From positions 1 to 64,000 of the IMG/VR virus record IMGVR_UViG_2513237087_000004: a stretch of DNA of 64,000 nucleotides; one strand, 5' to 3'. This document shows positions 9,425-19,679 of this stretch, in pieces. Positions within the stretch are counted from its first letter, which is position 1, and each line of letters opens with the position of its first letter. Origin of the DNA: a virus. Its lineage: Duplodnaviria > Caudoviricetes. Made by a program: the position numbers and the translations under genes. The notes beneath the pieces are model-generated. The model had not been told where the DNA came from and made no database searches. It saw only the letters and a program-made list of their open reading frames with translations.

Positions 9425-9826
9425 TCAGATCGCAAATGCTCGGAGCATGGACGTGCGGGGCACGCGGGCGAGACCGAAGCTCGACTTGGCAATGGCTTGG
9501 TCGCCGAGGCACACGGCGCCGGCCCGGCGGCCCTCCTCGTCCACCACCACGGCGAGGTCGCCGACATGGGCCATGGCCGGCGCGATCTCGTCGAAAAAGC
9601 AGGCGATCACGTCACCGGCATCCGCGGCGCCCATGTTCCGCATCACGCGCCGGGCCTGCGCCGCCGTGCTATAGGACGGGCGATCGAACGCCCTGCCGGT
9701 GATGGCCTCGACCGCGTCGGCGGCGAACGTGAGGCAGTCCGAAGTCCCCCAGGCGAAGGGCAGGCATTCATACCGGGCGATGACCGCGGTCAGGCGGGCA
9801 TGCCAGTTTTCGACGCGCGCTCTCAT
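9425..9826 (-). CDS. Tail-tip assembly protein, NlpC/P60-like
   Basis: PFAWGTSDCLTFAADAVEAITG and GDLAVV motifs; typical position before J. Confidence 0.75.
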   Translation of the reverse strand: MRARVENWHARLTAVIARYECLPFAWGTSDCLTFAADAVEAITGRAFDRPSYSTAAQARRVMRNMGAADAGDVIACFFDEIAPAMAHVGDLAVVVDEEGRRAGAVCLGDQAIAKSSFGLARVPRTSMLRAFAI

Positions 9827-10392
9827 CGCCCCATCACCAGCTTGGTGCTCGCTGTTTTCGTCGTGAAGGCGAAGCCCTGGTCGCCGCCATAGGTCCGCTG
9901 CTGGTCGGCGTGCGTCCGCTTGCGGTTCGTCGCCCGGTCCAGCTCGCGGGCGCGGGAGACGCATTCCAGGACGAACGTCGCCTCCCCGCTGCTCTCGCGC
10001 ACCTCGTCGCGATCGACGAAGCCGCGAAAGACGGTGTGCACCGCCACCAGTGACCGGCTGGTGGGGTCATAGAGCGCGCGGGCGACCTGCACCTTCGCGC
10101 GATGGAGGTTGTATTCGCCGATGGTCACCAGCACGTCGCTCGCCAGCCCGGAGAGCGTCGCGGTCATCGACTGGACGCCGTCGGCGAGGGACTGGATGAC
10201 CGGCGTGATCGAGATCAGAGACCCGGATCCAGTGAACGTCACGCCGGGCCAATATCCCGGAAACTGCGCGCTGTAGACGTCGCTCCAGAAGCCATAGGTA
10301 CCCTCGGGCATGGCGATGACCGCCAGGTCGCGGTCCACCAGCGCCGGCCCGTCGAGCAGAGCCAGCGTCGCAGCACCGAATGCACGTGCCAT
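9823..10392 (-). CDS. Minor tail protein
   Basis: Coupled ORF in the tail-tip cluster; C-terminal RKRTHADQQ...GDQGF motif. Confidence 0.7.
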   Translation of the reverse strand: MARAFGAATLALLDGPALVDRDLAVIAMPEGTYGFWSDVYSAQFPGYWPGVTFTGSGSLISITPVIQSLADGVQSMTATLSGLASDVLVTIGEYNLHRAKVQVARALYDPTSRSLVAVHTVFRGFVDRDEVRESSGEATFVLECVSRARELDRATNRKRTHADQQRTYGGDQGFAFTTKTASTKLVMGR

Positions 10393-11048
10393 CAGTAGAG
10401 TGCCTGCATCGCCTTGAACGCGATCTGGTCGCCGCCGTAGGTGACGCGCGGCGGCGCGGGGAACGGGTCCACCAGCCGGAACACGGCGTGGGCCGTCTCC
10501 AGGGCCACTTGCGCGAACGTGGGGCTGCCTGGAGGCACGTCAGGCTCCACCTGCACGGTGAGCGCGCCGTTGACCGCGGTGACCGTCTCCACGGCACGGT
10601 GCAACGTCCGCGTCGAGCCCCACAGCCAGCAGAGCATGTCGCCGGCGGAGAGCACGTATGATGTCGGCAGGTCGCTGAGCTGCACGGTGTAGCCGGAAGC
10701 GGACTGAAGGGTGCAGTTCCCGGTGAACGGCAGCCCGCTATGCCGGGTCACGCCGGACCATCCGACGCCCGGATAGGCCCGCGGACGTGCGCGGGCAGGG
10801 TCGTAGAAGATGAAGGTGTTCAGCCCGCCACGGAGGCTATCGAACCAGGCCTGCATCTCCTCGAACTGCGCCGGATTGAGGATGGTCGTCTTCGCGTCGA
10901 TGCTCCATAGCGAGCGTCCGCGCTCCGCCGTCTGCACGGCTCCGCCCCGCGTGCGGGTGGTGTTCTGCGCGCGGGACGGGGTGAAGACCAACGGGGCCGC
11001 GATGGCAGCGACGCTGAACGGATAGACGCGGGGATAGGTGATCGCCAT
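10392..11048 (-). CDS. Distal tail-like protein
   Basis: Directly follows the tape measure gene; WFDSLRGGLNTFIFYDP motif. Confidence 0.7.
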   Translation of the reverse strand: MAITYPRVYPFSVAAIAAPLVFTPSRAQNTTRTRGGAVQTAERGRSLWSIDAKTTILNPAQFEEMQAWFDSLRGGLNTFIFYDPARARPRAYPGVGWSGVTRHSGLPFTGNCTLQSASGYTVQLSDLPTSYVLSAGDMLCWLWGSTRTLHRAVETVTAVNGALTVQVEPDVPPGSPTFAQVALETAHAVFRLVDPFPAPPRVTYGGDQIAFKAMQALY

Positions 11049-11051
11049 GGT

Positions 11052-14000
11052 TCAAACCCCCGGCATGCGGTTCTTGCGGGCCTGGGCGACGGCACTCACG
11101 GCGACAGACGGCATCAGCCTCCTGTGCTCGGCCAGCTCAAGGCGGATCTGGTTGATCGCGTCCTGGTCTGCGTTCCCCTGGACGATGATCTGGGTATCGC
11201 CGAAAGCGACGCTCGGCTCCCCGGAAGACGACTGAACAACGCCTCCGTTGACGCTTCCGCCCGAGGCGAAGTGCGGCGCGTAGTTGATCATGTCGAGGGT
11301 CGAGCGATTGCGGGAAGCCGCAGCAGCGTTGACGATGTATTCGCCGTTCGAGACCCAGGCGAGAATGCTGTCCGAACGCCCGGTTCCGGGCCCGCGGATC
11401 GGACCGCCATCGGCGAAGAACGTGGGCACCGCCATCGCTCCGGCCCCGCCCACGACGTTGACCGCAGCCGATCCAGAACCGCCTCCGGTGAAAGCGCCAA
11501 GGAACGAGCCCAACAGTCCGCTGCTGCCCGACTTGCTATTGCCGAACAGCCCCGACGTGAGTTGATCGACCGCCAGATCTTGTAGTTTGTCCGCGACCTT
11601 GTTCAGCACGTTGCCGAAGATCTCACCGGCAGAAGCGCCATTGCGGATGTCCGTGATGATGCTGTTGAAGACGTCTCGGGACGTATCCTTGAGGCCGGTC
11701 AACGTCTCCCGCGCCCGCATCAGCCCGGCCTCGTAGGACGAGAGGTCCACGGGCTGGCCGGCGGAGCGCAGTGCCGACGCAATGGTCTGGTCTGTCTTCG
11801 TCCGGCCCAATTGGTCGATGTCGAACTGCGCCTGGTCGCGCAGGGTCAACTTCGCGGTGAGGTCAACCTGCTCGCGCAGCGCCTCGTTCTGGCGTTTCAA
11901 GGCCTCGTACTTGGCGGCATCGAAGCCGGTGCCGGCCAGCGCCGCCTCTCTCTGGAGATCGACATAATCTCGGTAGTTGGCGCGCAGGACTGCTGCCTCG
12001 CCGGCCGTCTTTCCGACGAGTTGCGCCTCCAACTCCTGGGCGGTGACAGCCTCTCCGGCGCTGCGCATGCGCTCCTTCTGCGCCATCGCCAACTGCGCAT
12101 AGGTCTCGGCCTGGGACTTGAGCAACGCGTCAGTCTTGATTGCGTTGACCTGTTCGTCGCCCGCACCGCTGGCCGCCGCGTCGGCCGCTTTCAGAGCAGC
12201 CTGGGCCCGGCTTTTCTCCTCCGAGGTCTGCGCACGGGTCACGGCAAGTTCGAGTTCCCGTCGGCGCGTAAGCTGCTCGGAATAGGAGATCAGGTTGGCG
12301 TCGGAACCGACGAGCGCGTTGCGCTGGTTCACCAGCCCGCTCAGCGCTTCCTTGTAGGTATCAACCCGTCTGGACGCTTCCGACACTCCCGCATCGGCGG
12401 ACCACATTTTCTCGAACTGGTCGGCTTCGGCCTTGTCCAACGCGCGGTTGACGGTGGTGATATTCTCCTCAATCTTCCGGAGGTCGGCGATCCGCGGATC
12501 GCGTGACTCAGCGATCGCTGCGCCCTTCTTCTCCTGGAGATCCTTCTCCGCCCTGGCCGCCCTTTCGGTCGCCTCGGTCCGCTGCTTGCGCAGTTCGATC
12601 AGTTCCCGCTCGGCCTGCGCGGCCAGCGATGCGCCCTGATCGCGATAGAGCTTGGAGCTGCCGCTCTCGGCAAGATTCTTGGCATTCGCCAGACGCTTCT
12701 CGGCTTCCCCGATCTGCGTATCGATGTCCGGCTTCGTGACCACCAATCCGAGCGCCTTGCCGAGGCTCGCGTAGGCCTGGCTGGCATTGTTCGCGATGAT
12801 GAGCCACTTGTCGCCGAACCACGTGAGATTGCGGTTGGCATCGGGCAGATCACGATTGAGAGCGACGATGATCAGCCGCTGCGCCTCGACGATCTTGCCG
12901 GCCGCAGCGGTCGACTTGATCAGATCAAGTTCCGACTGGCTGAGGAAGTTGAGCTCCTTGTCCAGATCCTCCGCACCGGCAGCAGGATCGGCCAGGGCAG
13001 CGGCCAACCGCTTCGCCGCGTCGGCCGCTGATTTCCCGGTCAGTGTCGCGTAGTTGTTCGTGACCGCGATCAGGTCGGTAAAGTTTTCGCGGCCGGTCCT
13101 GCCGGTCGCCGCATATGCCGCTGCCATTTCCATGGCCGAGGAGACCGTAGTGCGCGCCGCGCGCGCGCCGGCCGTGGCGAAATCCTCAAGATCATGAACG
13201 CTCGCCCGGGTGGTCTTGCCCAGCCCCTGGAGAGAATTATCGAGCGCGTTCCACGTCGTGCTCCAATCACGATAGGCCATGACGGCGGCGAGACTGACGC
13301 CGGCGAGTGCCCCCCCCGGCCAAGCGCGTGGGCGTCAGAAGGCCAGCCATGACGTTGCCGAGGTTCTTAACGCCGGCGGTCAGTCCGCCCCGGCTGCCCG
13401 CCAGGATCTGGTAGAACTGGCCGCCCTGGGTGGCGACGATCTGGAACGCACTCGAACCAGACATGGCCATCGTTGCCATGTCATTGAACTGGTAGGCGAG
13501 ATTCGTGAGTTCGTAGCCGGTCAGCCGGAAGCTCTTCGAGGCTCCGCTGCCAGACTCCTCGATCGACTTCACCACCCGCTTGTAGGCGGCTTCCTCGCGC
13601 AGGAGCGCCGCGGTGTATTCGTCGGCGTCCATATGCGGCTTGAGCAGCTTCAACTGCTTCAGGCGGTCCTGGTATTGCGCCGCAGCCTTCTCCAGCGGGA
13701 CGAATTCCAAGCGCAGCCGGTTGAGATCAGCGAAGGCCGAGCCCACCTCTGGATTGGTGGCGCCATTGTCGGTCGCCTTCGTGCCGATACCGAAGCTGCT
13801 GTTGAACTTCGCCTGGGCCGAGGTGGCGGCTTCGGCGCGCGCGGCGCGGCTTGCGGCTTCCTGCACCGCGCTGGCCGACTGCATCGCGATGGTGCGCTTC
13901 TCGATCGCAGTGCGATAGACGTCCTCCGAGATCGCGCCAGCGGCCAGATCCGCCTTTGCCTGGACGACGAACTGGTCATATTCGCGCTGCGCAGCGAACG

Positions 14001-15474
14001 CGGCATCGTACTTCGCCCTGGTCGCGTCCAGTGCCTCTCCATAGGCGAGGATGTCGGCAGCACGCTTCTCGCTGCCGAAATCGTCCCGGACACCAAACGA
14101 GGTGTTGAATGCGACCTGCGCAGCATCCGCCTTTGCTTTGGCCTCTTGGACGACATCAACCTGCGCCGCGCGCAGCGATCGTCCAGCGCGCTTGATCGCC
14201 TCGTTGTAGACGTCAATCGAAATGGCGCCTGAAGTGTAGAGATCCTGTGCTTCCCGGACGGCGGCGCCGAAGTCGTTCTGCGCCGCATAAGCCGGATCCA
14301 GCGATTCACGCAGCGAAACAGCCCTGCGCTCCAGGTCCGCCTGAGCGTCAGCGAGCTTTCGAACGGACTCGCCAGTTCGATCGATTTCGCCCCGTGCCCT
14401 GGCGACACCGAGGGAATACAGATCGAACGAAATAGCACCTGAGGTGTAGAGATCTTCAGCCTCCGCCAGTGCGGCATTTAGCTTCTCTTGAGATGCCAAG
14501 GCTGGGTCGGCGGCCAACGCGAAGGCTCGCACGCGCTCGGTGAGGGTCGCCTGCGATGCCGCTCCGGCAGCAGCCTGCGCCGCCGCCTCTCGCGCGCTGC
14601 GCGTGGAGGCGCTGATCCTGTCCATCGAGGCCATGGTCTCGACGAAGGCCGCCTTGGTTTCTTTCAGCCTGGCTGAATAGACCTGTTGGTCGATCCCTCC
14701 AGACCGCAGAGCACTGCTCAGGCGATCGAGCTGGCCGCGATATTTCAGTTGTGCTGCGAAAAGCGGGTCGAACTCGGCCCTGGTGGCATTCAGGGCCTGT
14801 CCATAGGCGGCAATGTCCGCTTCGCGCTTCTTGCTATCGAAGTCGTCTCGCACACCGAATGACGTGTTGAAGGCAGTCTGTGCCGCATCATTCTGCTGCT
14901 TCGCAGCCTGAACGATACCAACCTGCGCCTCGCGAAGAGTCTGCGCCGCGCGACGGGTCGCTTCCTCATATACACCTACAGCTATTGCACCTGCTGTATA
15001 GAGGTCCTCGGCCTCGTTGATTGCAGCATTGAACCTATTCTGCGCGGCATACACGGGGTCCAATGCTTCGCGCAGTGCACGGGCCCGCCGCTCAAGATCC
15101 TCCTGCTTCTGGATCAGGAAATCCTGCGCTTCGCCGACCTGGTGATACTTGATCGCGGCGAGATCCAGGATGCGGTTGGCTTCCTCCTGTGTGCGAATGC
15201 CTTCCTGCAGGGCAAGCGCGACGTTGGCCACCTCGCGCCGATAGGCAATGAGATTCCTGACTTGGGCATCGACGCGCTTCTCGGTGCTCTCGATCGCCTT
15301 GGCGGCCGACAACTGCTCCCGTCCGAGCTTAGCCGTCGCCAAGGAGACGACGTTGCCGGACTCGGCGAACCGCGTGTTGGCATTGGCCGCCGAACGCAGC
15401 TCCGCCACGAGCTTGTCCATGCCCTCCGTCGTGGCGACGGTGCGGATGCGTTTGATCAGCTCGACAGAGGGCAT
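11052..15474 (-). pseudogene. Tape measure protein split by a frameshift (ORFs 13267-15474 and 11052-13280)
   Basis: The N-half ends LLTPTRLAGGG at a G8 run (13310-13317). With G7 it reads TRLAGGALAGVSLAAVMAYRDW, continuous with the second ORF. C-terminal FADGG...GPGTGRSDSI...LSNGEY-type TMP motif. Confidence 0.85.
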
Positions 15475-15481
15475 GATTGTC

Positions 15482-15835
15482 CTATCGGCGGCGGGATGCG
15501 GCTTCGATCTGTTCCGCAGCGCGCCGCACGTAGGCGGCGTCCATCACCCGCAGGAGCGACTGGAACGTCTCGAATTCATCGATGTCGGTGATGCCGTAGC
15601 GGGCGGCGTAGCGGTCGATCGCTGAGAACGGGATCTGGCCCACGAAGCCCATCCCGGCGGGCCGGTCGCCGCAGAGGTCGAAGAAGGCGCTCCACACCAA
15701 GGAGTGCCGCGGATCAGGCATCACCCGGTCCTGCATGAACGGCAGGTTTTTGCCCTCCGGGCCGGCGGCCCGGAGGATGGCGTCGGCCTTGCCGCCCCAA
15801 TCCAGTTGCCAGATCAGGGCGTCTCGGAGTTTTTT
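15482..15835 (-). CDS. Tail assembly chaperone, frameshift-extension part (gpGT-like)
   Basis: Open -1 frame from the slippery site through ORF 15482-15736 (W..F.DL..DR..GMG..GQIPFSAIDRYA motif). Confidence 0.7.
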   Translation of the reverse strand, partial: KKLRDALIWQLDWGGKADAILRAAGPEGKNLPFMQDRVMPDPRHSLVWSAFFDLCGDRPAGMGFVGQIPFSAIDRYAARYGITDIDEFETFQSLLRVMDAAYVRRAAEQIEAASRRR

Positions 15836-16236
15836 GCCGCGTCCTCGAAGGACTCCGCGCCAGTCCGCGCGACCACAGCCGAGGCGTAGAGCGCGGCTTC
15901 CGCGAGCATGCGGCCGCAGTCCGGATCAGCCAGAAGCTCGCGCACGACTTCCGGGGTGCAGGGCAGCGCCGCGCCTTCGGTGGTGAGGTTCCAGTCGACA
16001 AGGATCGCCCCTGCGATGACTTCGATGCCGATGCGGTCGAGATCCTCGAGCGGGATGTCCGCACCGGCTGGGAGGCTCAGTTCCTCGACCAACCGCGTGC
16101 GCAGGCGGCGCGCATCCACATTGTCCCGCCCACGCACCTTGAGCGCCAGGTCATCGCAGCCATCCAGCGGGATGTCCTTGACCCAGGCGCCATTGAGCAC
16201 GCGGTTTCCGACCATCTTCAGCTTCGCAACGTCCAT
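15814..16236 (-). CDS. Tail assembly chaperone (gpG-like)
   Basis: Between tail tube and TMP; ILVDWN motif; ends just after an A AAA AAC heptamer. Confidence 0.8.
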   Translation of the reverse strand: MDVAKLKMVGNRVLNGAWVKDIPLDGCDDLALKVRGRDNVDARRLRTRLVEELSLPAGADIPLEDLDRIGIEVIAGAILVDWNLTTEGAALPCTPEVVRELLADPDCGRMLAEAALYASAVVARTGAESFEDAAKNSETP

Positions 16237-16298
16237 AAATCACCCATGCCATGTGGAGGATGCGGAGGAGACGCCCTCCGCCGGCGATGACTGGACGA

Positions 16299-17768
16299 TC
16301 AGGGCGTGTACCAGAGACGCCCGACCGACATGGTGTAGCCGAGGACCGGATCCATGATCGCCTGGAAGCCGGCGGAGATGGTCACGTCGGCATTCTTGCC
16401 GGACACGCTCGGCGAGCCCGAAGACAGCTTGATCGCGGGGAAGTCGAAGGCGAGTTTCTCCTTCCCGCCATCGGTGCGGCCCACGCGGAGATCGAAGGAC
16501 GTCAGACTGTTGCCCATGATCTTCGCGAGGATGCTCGCGTCCCCGAAATAGGTCTCCAGGGTGCCGGTGACGCTGAACTCGCCGTTGCCGACGCCGATGG
16601 CCGCGATGCTCCCGACCGCGTTCTGGCGACGCAGGTTGTTGTTGATGGAGAAATTCGCGCTCATCACGTAGTTCGGGCCGGTGATGGCGGACCCATCGAA
16701 GGCGATCCGCCCCACATCGGCAGATGCGTTGAGGACCTGCTTGGCCGGAGCCGCAAGGTCGCTGGCGCCGCTCGCCCGGGTCGTCGCGGTCGTCGCGTTG
16801 GAGCCAAGCCAGGTCACCTCATAGGTGACGATCGCCTGCTGCTGGACCGACATCGAGAGTTGGTCGATGCACTGGCCGGTCAGGTATTCGTAGGTGACCG
16901 GGCTGTGGTCGAGATACTGCCGCTCGAAAGCGCTGGAGATGAGGTTCGTGCCGTTCGTCAGGAAGTCGCCGGCGAAGACCTGGAGCGCTTTGCCGGTGCC
17001 CGTGTCCGCCGACCAGCCCGACGGGACGATGCCGAGGGACAGCCGGTTCGCCGAGATGTCCGAGACGCGGGCCCAACCATTGTTCGCGGCCGTGGCGAAG
17101 CTCGCCGCCGCCGAACCGCCGCCGATCTTCACCCATTCTCCCTTGTTGAGCCCGAGCGTGGTGAAGTCGAGCACGGTCGACGTGAGCGCATTCCCGCCGG
17201 TGACGGTCGCGACGATGTCGCCAGAGGCGCCTTCGAAGCCCACCGAGCGAAGGACGGCGCCGACCGGAATCGGCGCGGTTTCCGGCAGGAATGTCGACGC
17301 GGGAAACACCACGGACGTGGCAGTGGCGCTTGCCACTCGGGCAAGCTTGTTGTTCGCGGGGGTGGGGAAGCCCGACAGGAGGCAGATATGGCCGGCCTTG
17401 AAGGCGGCACCGCCGGAGGCGACCGTGAGCGTGGTCGCCGAGACGTCGGAAATCTCGGTGTCGGCGGTGAGAACGGTGACCGAGGGCTTGTTGAGCCACG
17501 TGCCCTGCAGGGCCTCCTCAAAGTCATCGTCGGCAGCCGAGAAGGAGAGCTCGCCGGCCTGATTGCCTCCGGCCTGCACGCCGGTGAGGATCAGGTCCGT
17601 GACCTGGCGGTCGGACCGGATCTCATTCGAGACCGTGGTCTGCGGGTTCCCGGCGAGGGCGTTGGAGGTGAGGCGCTGGGCCTTGAAGACCGGCGAGGTG
17701 GGAACGACGCCATAGGTCGTTTCGCGCACGCGCCCGACGCGCACGCGGTTGGTGCTCTGCAAAGCCAT
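16299..17768 (-). CDS. Tail tube (major tail) protein
   Basis: ETTYGVVP...SNEIRSDRQ N-terminus; GEFSVTGTLETYF...FDFPAIK C-terminus. Confidence 0.85.
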   Translation of the reverse strand: MALQSTNRVRVGRVRETTYGVVPTSPVFKAQRLTSNALAGNPQTTVSNEIRSDRQVTDLILTGVQAGGNQAGELSFSAADDDFEEALQGTWLNKPSVTVLTADTEISDVSATTLTVASGGAAFKAGHICLLSGFPTPANNKLARVASATATSVVFPASTFLPETAPIPVGAVLRSVGFEGASGDIVATVTGGNALTSTVLDFTTLGLNKGEWVKIGGGSAAASFATAANNGWARVSDISANRLSLGIVPSGWSADTGTGKALQVFAGDFLTNGTNLISSAFERQYLDHSPVTYEYLTGQCIDQLSMSVQQQAIVTYEVTWLGSNATTATTRASGASDLAAPAKQVLNASADVGRIAFDGSAITGPNYVMSANFSINNNLRRQNAVGSIAAIGVGNGEFSVTGTLETYFGDASILAKIMGNSLTSFDLRVGRTDGGKEKLAFDFPAIKLSSGSPSVSGKNADVTISAGFQAIMDPVLGYTMSVGRLWYTP

Positions 17769-17932
17769 AATAGGGGGCTCCATCTGGGAAGGCCGGCGTC
17801 ATCGCGACGCTGGGGGTCGGTGGCGGCGAGGCCGCGCACCGTGATCCGGCTGGGAATGCCGACTTCATCTCGAAGTTGGCGGCTGCTCTTGCCCAAGGAG
17901 CATGTGGGCGGCCCGCATGAGCGGGATCGAGG

Positions 17933-18346
17933 TCAGGCGAAGAGGTCCGCGTAGTACGGGACCGCTATGGCCAGCTTGAAATAGGCGCCATCGGCGTTCC
18001 GGTCGTCGAGAACGGCCGATGACGGGGCGTAGGTGGTGACGACGCCGAACTGCTTGCCTCGGAACAGCGCCGCCAGCTCGTCCATCCAGGGGTCATATTC
18101 CTCGGTGCCGGCGTCGCGCGGGATCGAGAGGACGAAGCGGATGCCGCCCTCCTCTCGAAACACGTTGTCGCCAGGAGTTCCGACGGTGATCTGCTTCTCG
18201 CTGGACACAGGGAACTGCACGGATAGGAACTCCGTGCCTCCGGTAGGCACCTCGGCCTCGGGCCCGTTGGGGTAGAAGACCTCGCAGCGGGTCCAATTAT
18301 CGGCCAGGCGCGCCCGGACGGCGGCCTTGACGGCGCCCGAGGCCAT
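17933..18346 (-). CDS. Tail terminator-like protein
   Basis: Position just upstream of the tail tube; 137 aa. Confidence 0.65.
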   Translation of the reverse strand: MASGAVKAAVRARLADNWTRCEVFYPNGPEAEVPTGGTEFLSVQFPVSSEKQITVGTPGDNVFREEGGIRFVLSIPRDAGTEEYDPWMDELAALFRGKQFGVVTTYAPSSAVLDDRNADGAYFKLAIAVPYYADLFA

Positions 18347-18633
18347 CAGCGAAGCCAGTGGTTGTTGCGGCGCGCCTCATGCACTGCACGCACGGCGATG
18401 GCCGGAAGGGAGCGCCGGTGTTCAGCCAACTCGAATGCAAGCACCTCCGACGACTGGACGATGGGCGCGGTGCTCGCTCGAACCAATACCTTCAGGTCAG
18501 CCAGCGAGGCCAGGATAGCGTCGATGTCCGCCTTGGTGGCGGGCTGGGCGTGGCGCAGTTCCTCCTCGAGCGCACGCACGCGCTGCACAGCGCCGCCGTG
18601 CGCCGCCAAGGCCTCGTCCAGGGTCATCGACAT
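18346..18633 (-). CDS. Hypothetical protein (coiled coil)
   Basis: Coupled ORF in the neck cluster. Confidence 0.5.
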   Translation of the reverse strand: MSMTLDEALAAHGGAVQRVRALEEELRHAQPATKADIDAILASLADLKVLVRASTAPIVQSSEVLAFELAEHRRSLPAIAVRAVHEARRNNHWLR

Positions 18634-18636
18634 GGC

Positions 18637-19293
18637 TCACCTCGTAATGACGATCGCCGGCTGCCGGCGCAGCCATTCATCCCGCTGCGCGCCCCGGCGG
18701 TACGGGCTTTCCATCGACGTGCGTGAGGCCCATTCCTCGATTGCACCGAAGAGCGGGGTTCGGTAGCCGAAGTGAATCCGGGCCAGATTGCCGAACCGGC
18801 CCTGCGCCATCGCCGCGACGACATGGAACACGCCATCCGGCGTCTGATCGGACAGCCCACGCTCGATCTTGCGGGCATAGGGCTGGACGTTCGTGAACAC
18901 GTATTCCTCGGCCTCCGGCAGTGGCGCCCCCGGCGCGACGACTGTCCCGTCTGCGGTGAACACGAAGGAGTCCTGGTACCGGCCGGTGCGAGACGGTGAG
19001 TGGGTGACCAGCATCTCGCCGATCCACTCAAACATCTCGTTCATCAGATGGAACTCGTAGACGATCTCGCCGTCCGGCTGCACCTGCTCCTCAGATGCGC
19101 CTGGGCGGCCGTCCACGAATGTGTCGTAGGTTGGCGTCCAGCCCAAGGCCGCCGTGTTGCTGGCCAGGGCCTCAGAGAGGTTCTGGCGGGCAAAATCGGC
19201 CAGCGCCTGGCTGCGGGACTGCGGGGTCATGTCCTGGCTCAGAAATAGGATCTCGTCCCGACCGATGGGGTCGATCTTGAAGGTGACGGCCAT
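18637..19293 (-). CDS. Neck/tail-completion protein
   Basis: SPSRTGRYQDS...NVQPYARKIERG motif (HK97 gp10-like); position. Confidence 0.65.
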   Translation of the reverse strand: MAVTFKIDPIGRDEILFLSQDMTPQSRSQALADFARQNLSEALASNTAALGWTPTYDTFVDGRPGASEEQVQPDGEIVYEFHLMNEMFEWIGEMLVTHSPSRTGRYQDSFVFTADGTVVAPGAPLPEAEEYVFTNVQPYARKIERGLSDQTPDGVFHVVAAMAQGRFGNLARIHFGYRTPLFGAIEEWASRTSMESPYRRGAQRDEWLRRQPAIVITR

Positions 19294-19679
19294 CAGCCTT
19301 CCACCGCCATTCTGATCCGCACCAGCGTGTCGTTCGCGTAGAAGGGCTCCGCAGCCATCACGCGGCGGTCCTTACCCCGAATCGTCACCATGTTGCCGGC
19401 CATGGGCACGTTCGCATCCTGGCCGGCTGGCCGACCGCTCTCCCATGCGGCGACGATGATTTCGCTGGGTGAGATGACGACCTCCGAGGTGCCCTGCACC
19501 ATGCCGTTGATCAGTTCGGAGGGGTCGAAATCACGCACGAAGGCCCGACAGTCGACGTCGACGGACGTGCGCGCCTGGCCGGCGCCGGACATCCGCTTGA
19601 GCGTGATCCCCTGCCCCCGCCGCCCCAGCGCCGCATCCAGCCGGGCAATCATGCCAGCGGGGGTGTCATCGAGGCGCAT
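19293..19679 (-). CDS. Head closure / head-tail joining protein
   Basis: 128 aa, coupled, position after the adaptor. Confidence 0.6.
   Translation of the reverse strand: MRLDDTPAGMIARLDAALGRRGQGITLKRMSGAGQARTSVDVDCRAFVRDFDPSELINGMVQGTSEVVISPSEIIVAAWESGRPAGQDANVPMAGNMVTIRGKDRRVMAAEPFYANDTLVRIRMAVEG

Noticed and set aside
6348-9674. 1108-aa + strand ORF, and similar long ORFs at 21078-23492 (+), 41039-42793 (+), 47168-49291 (+) and 61996-63828 (-)
   Set aside because: Antisense shadows of well-supported genes in high-GC DNA; Arg/Gly/His-rich with no motifs
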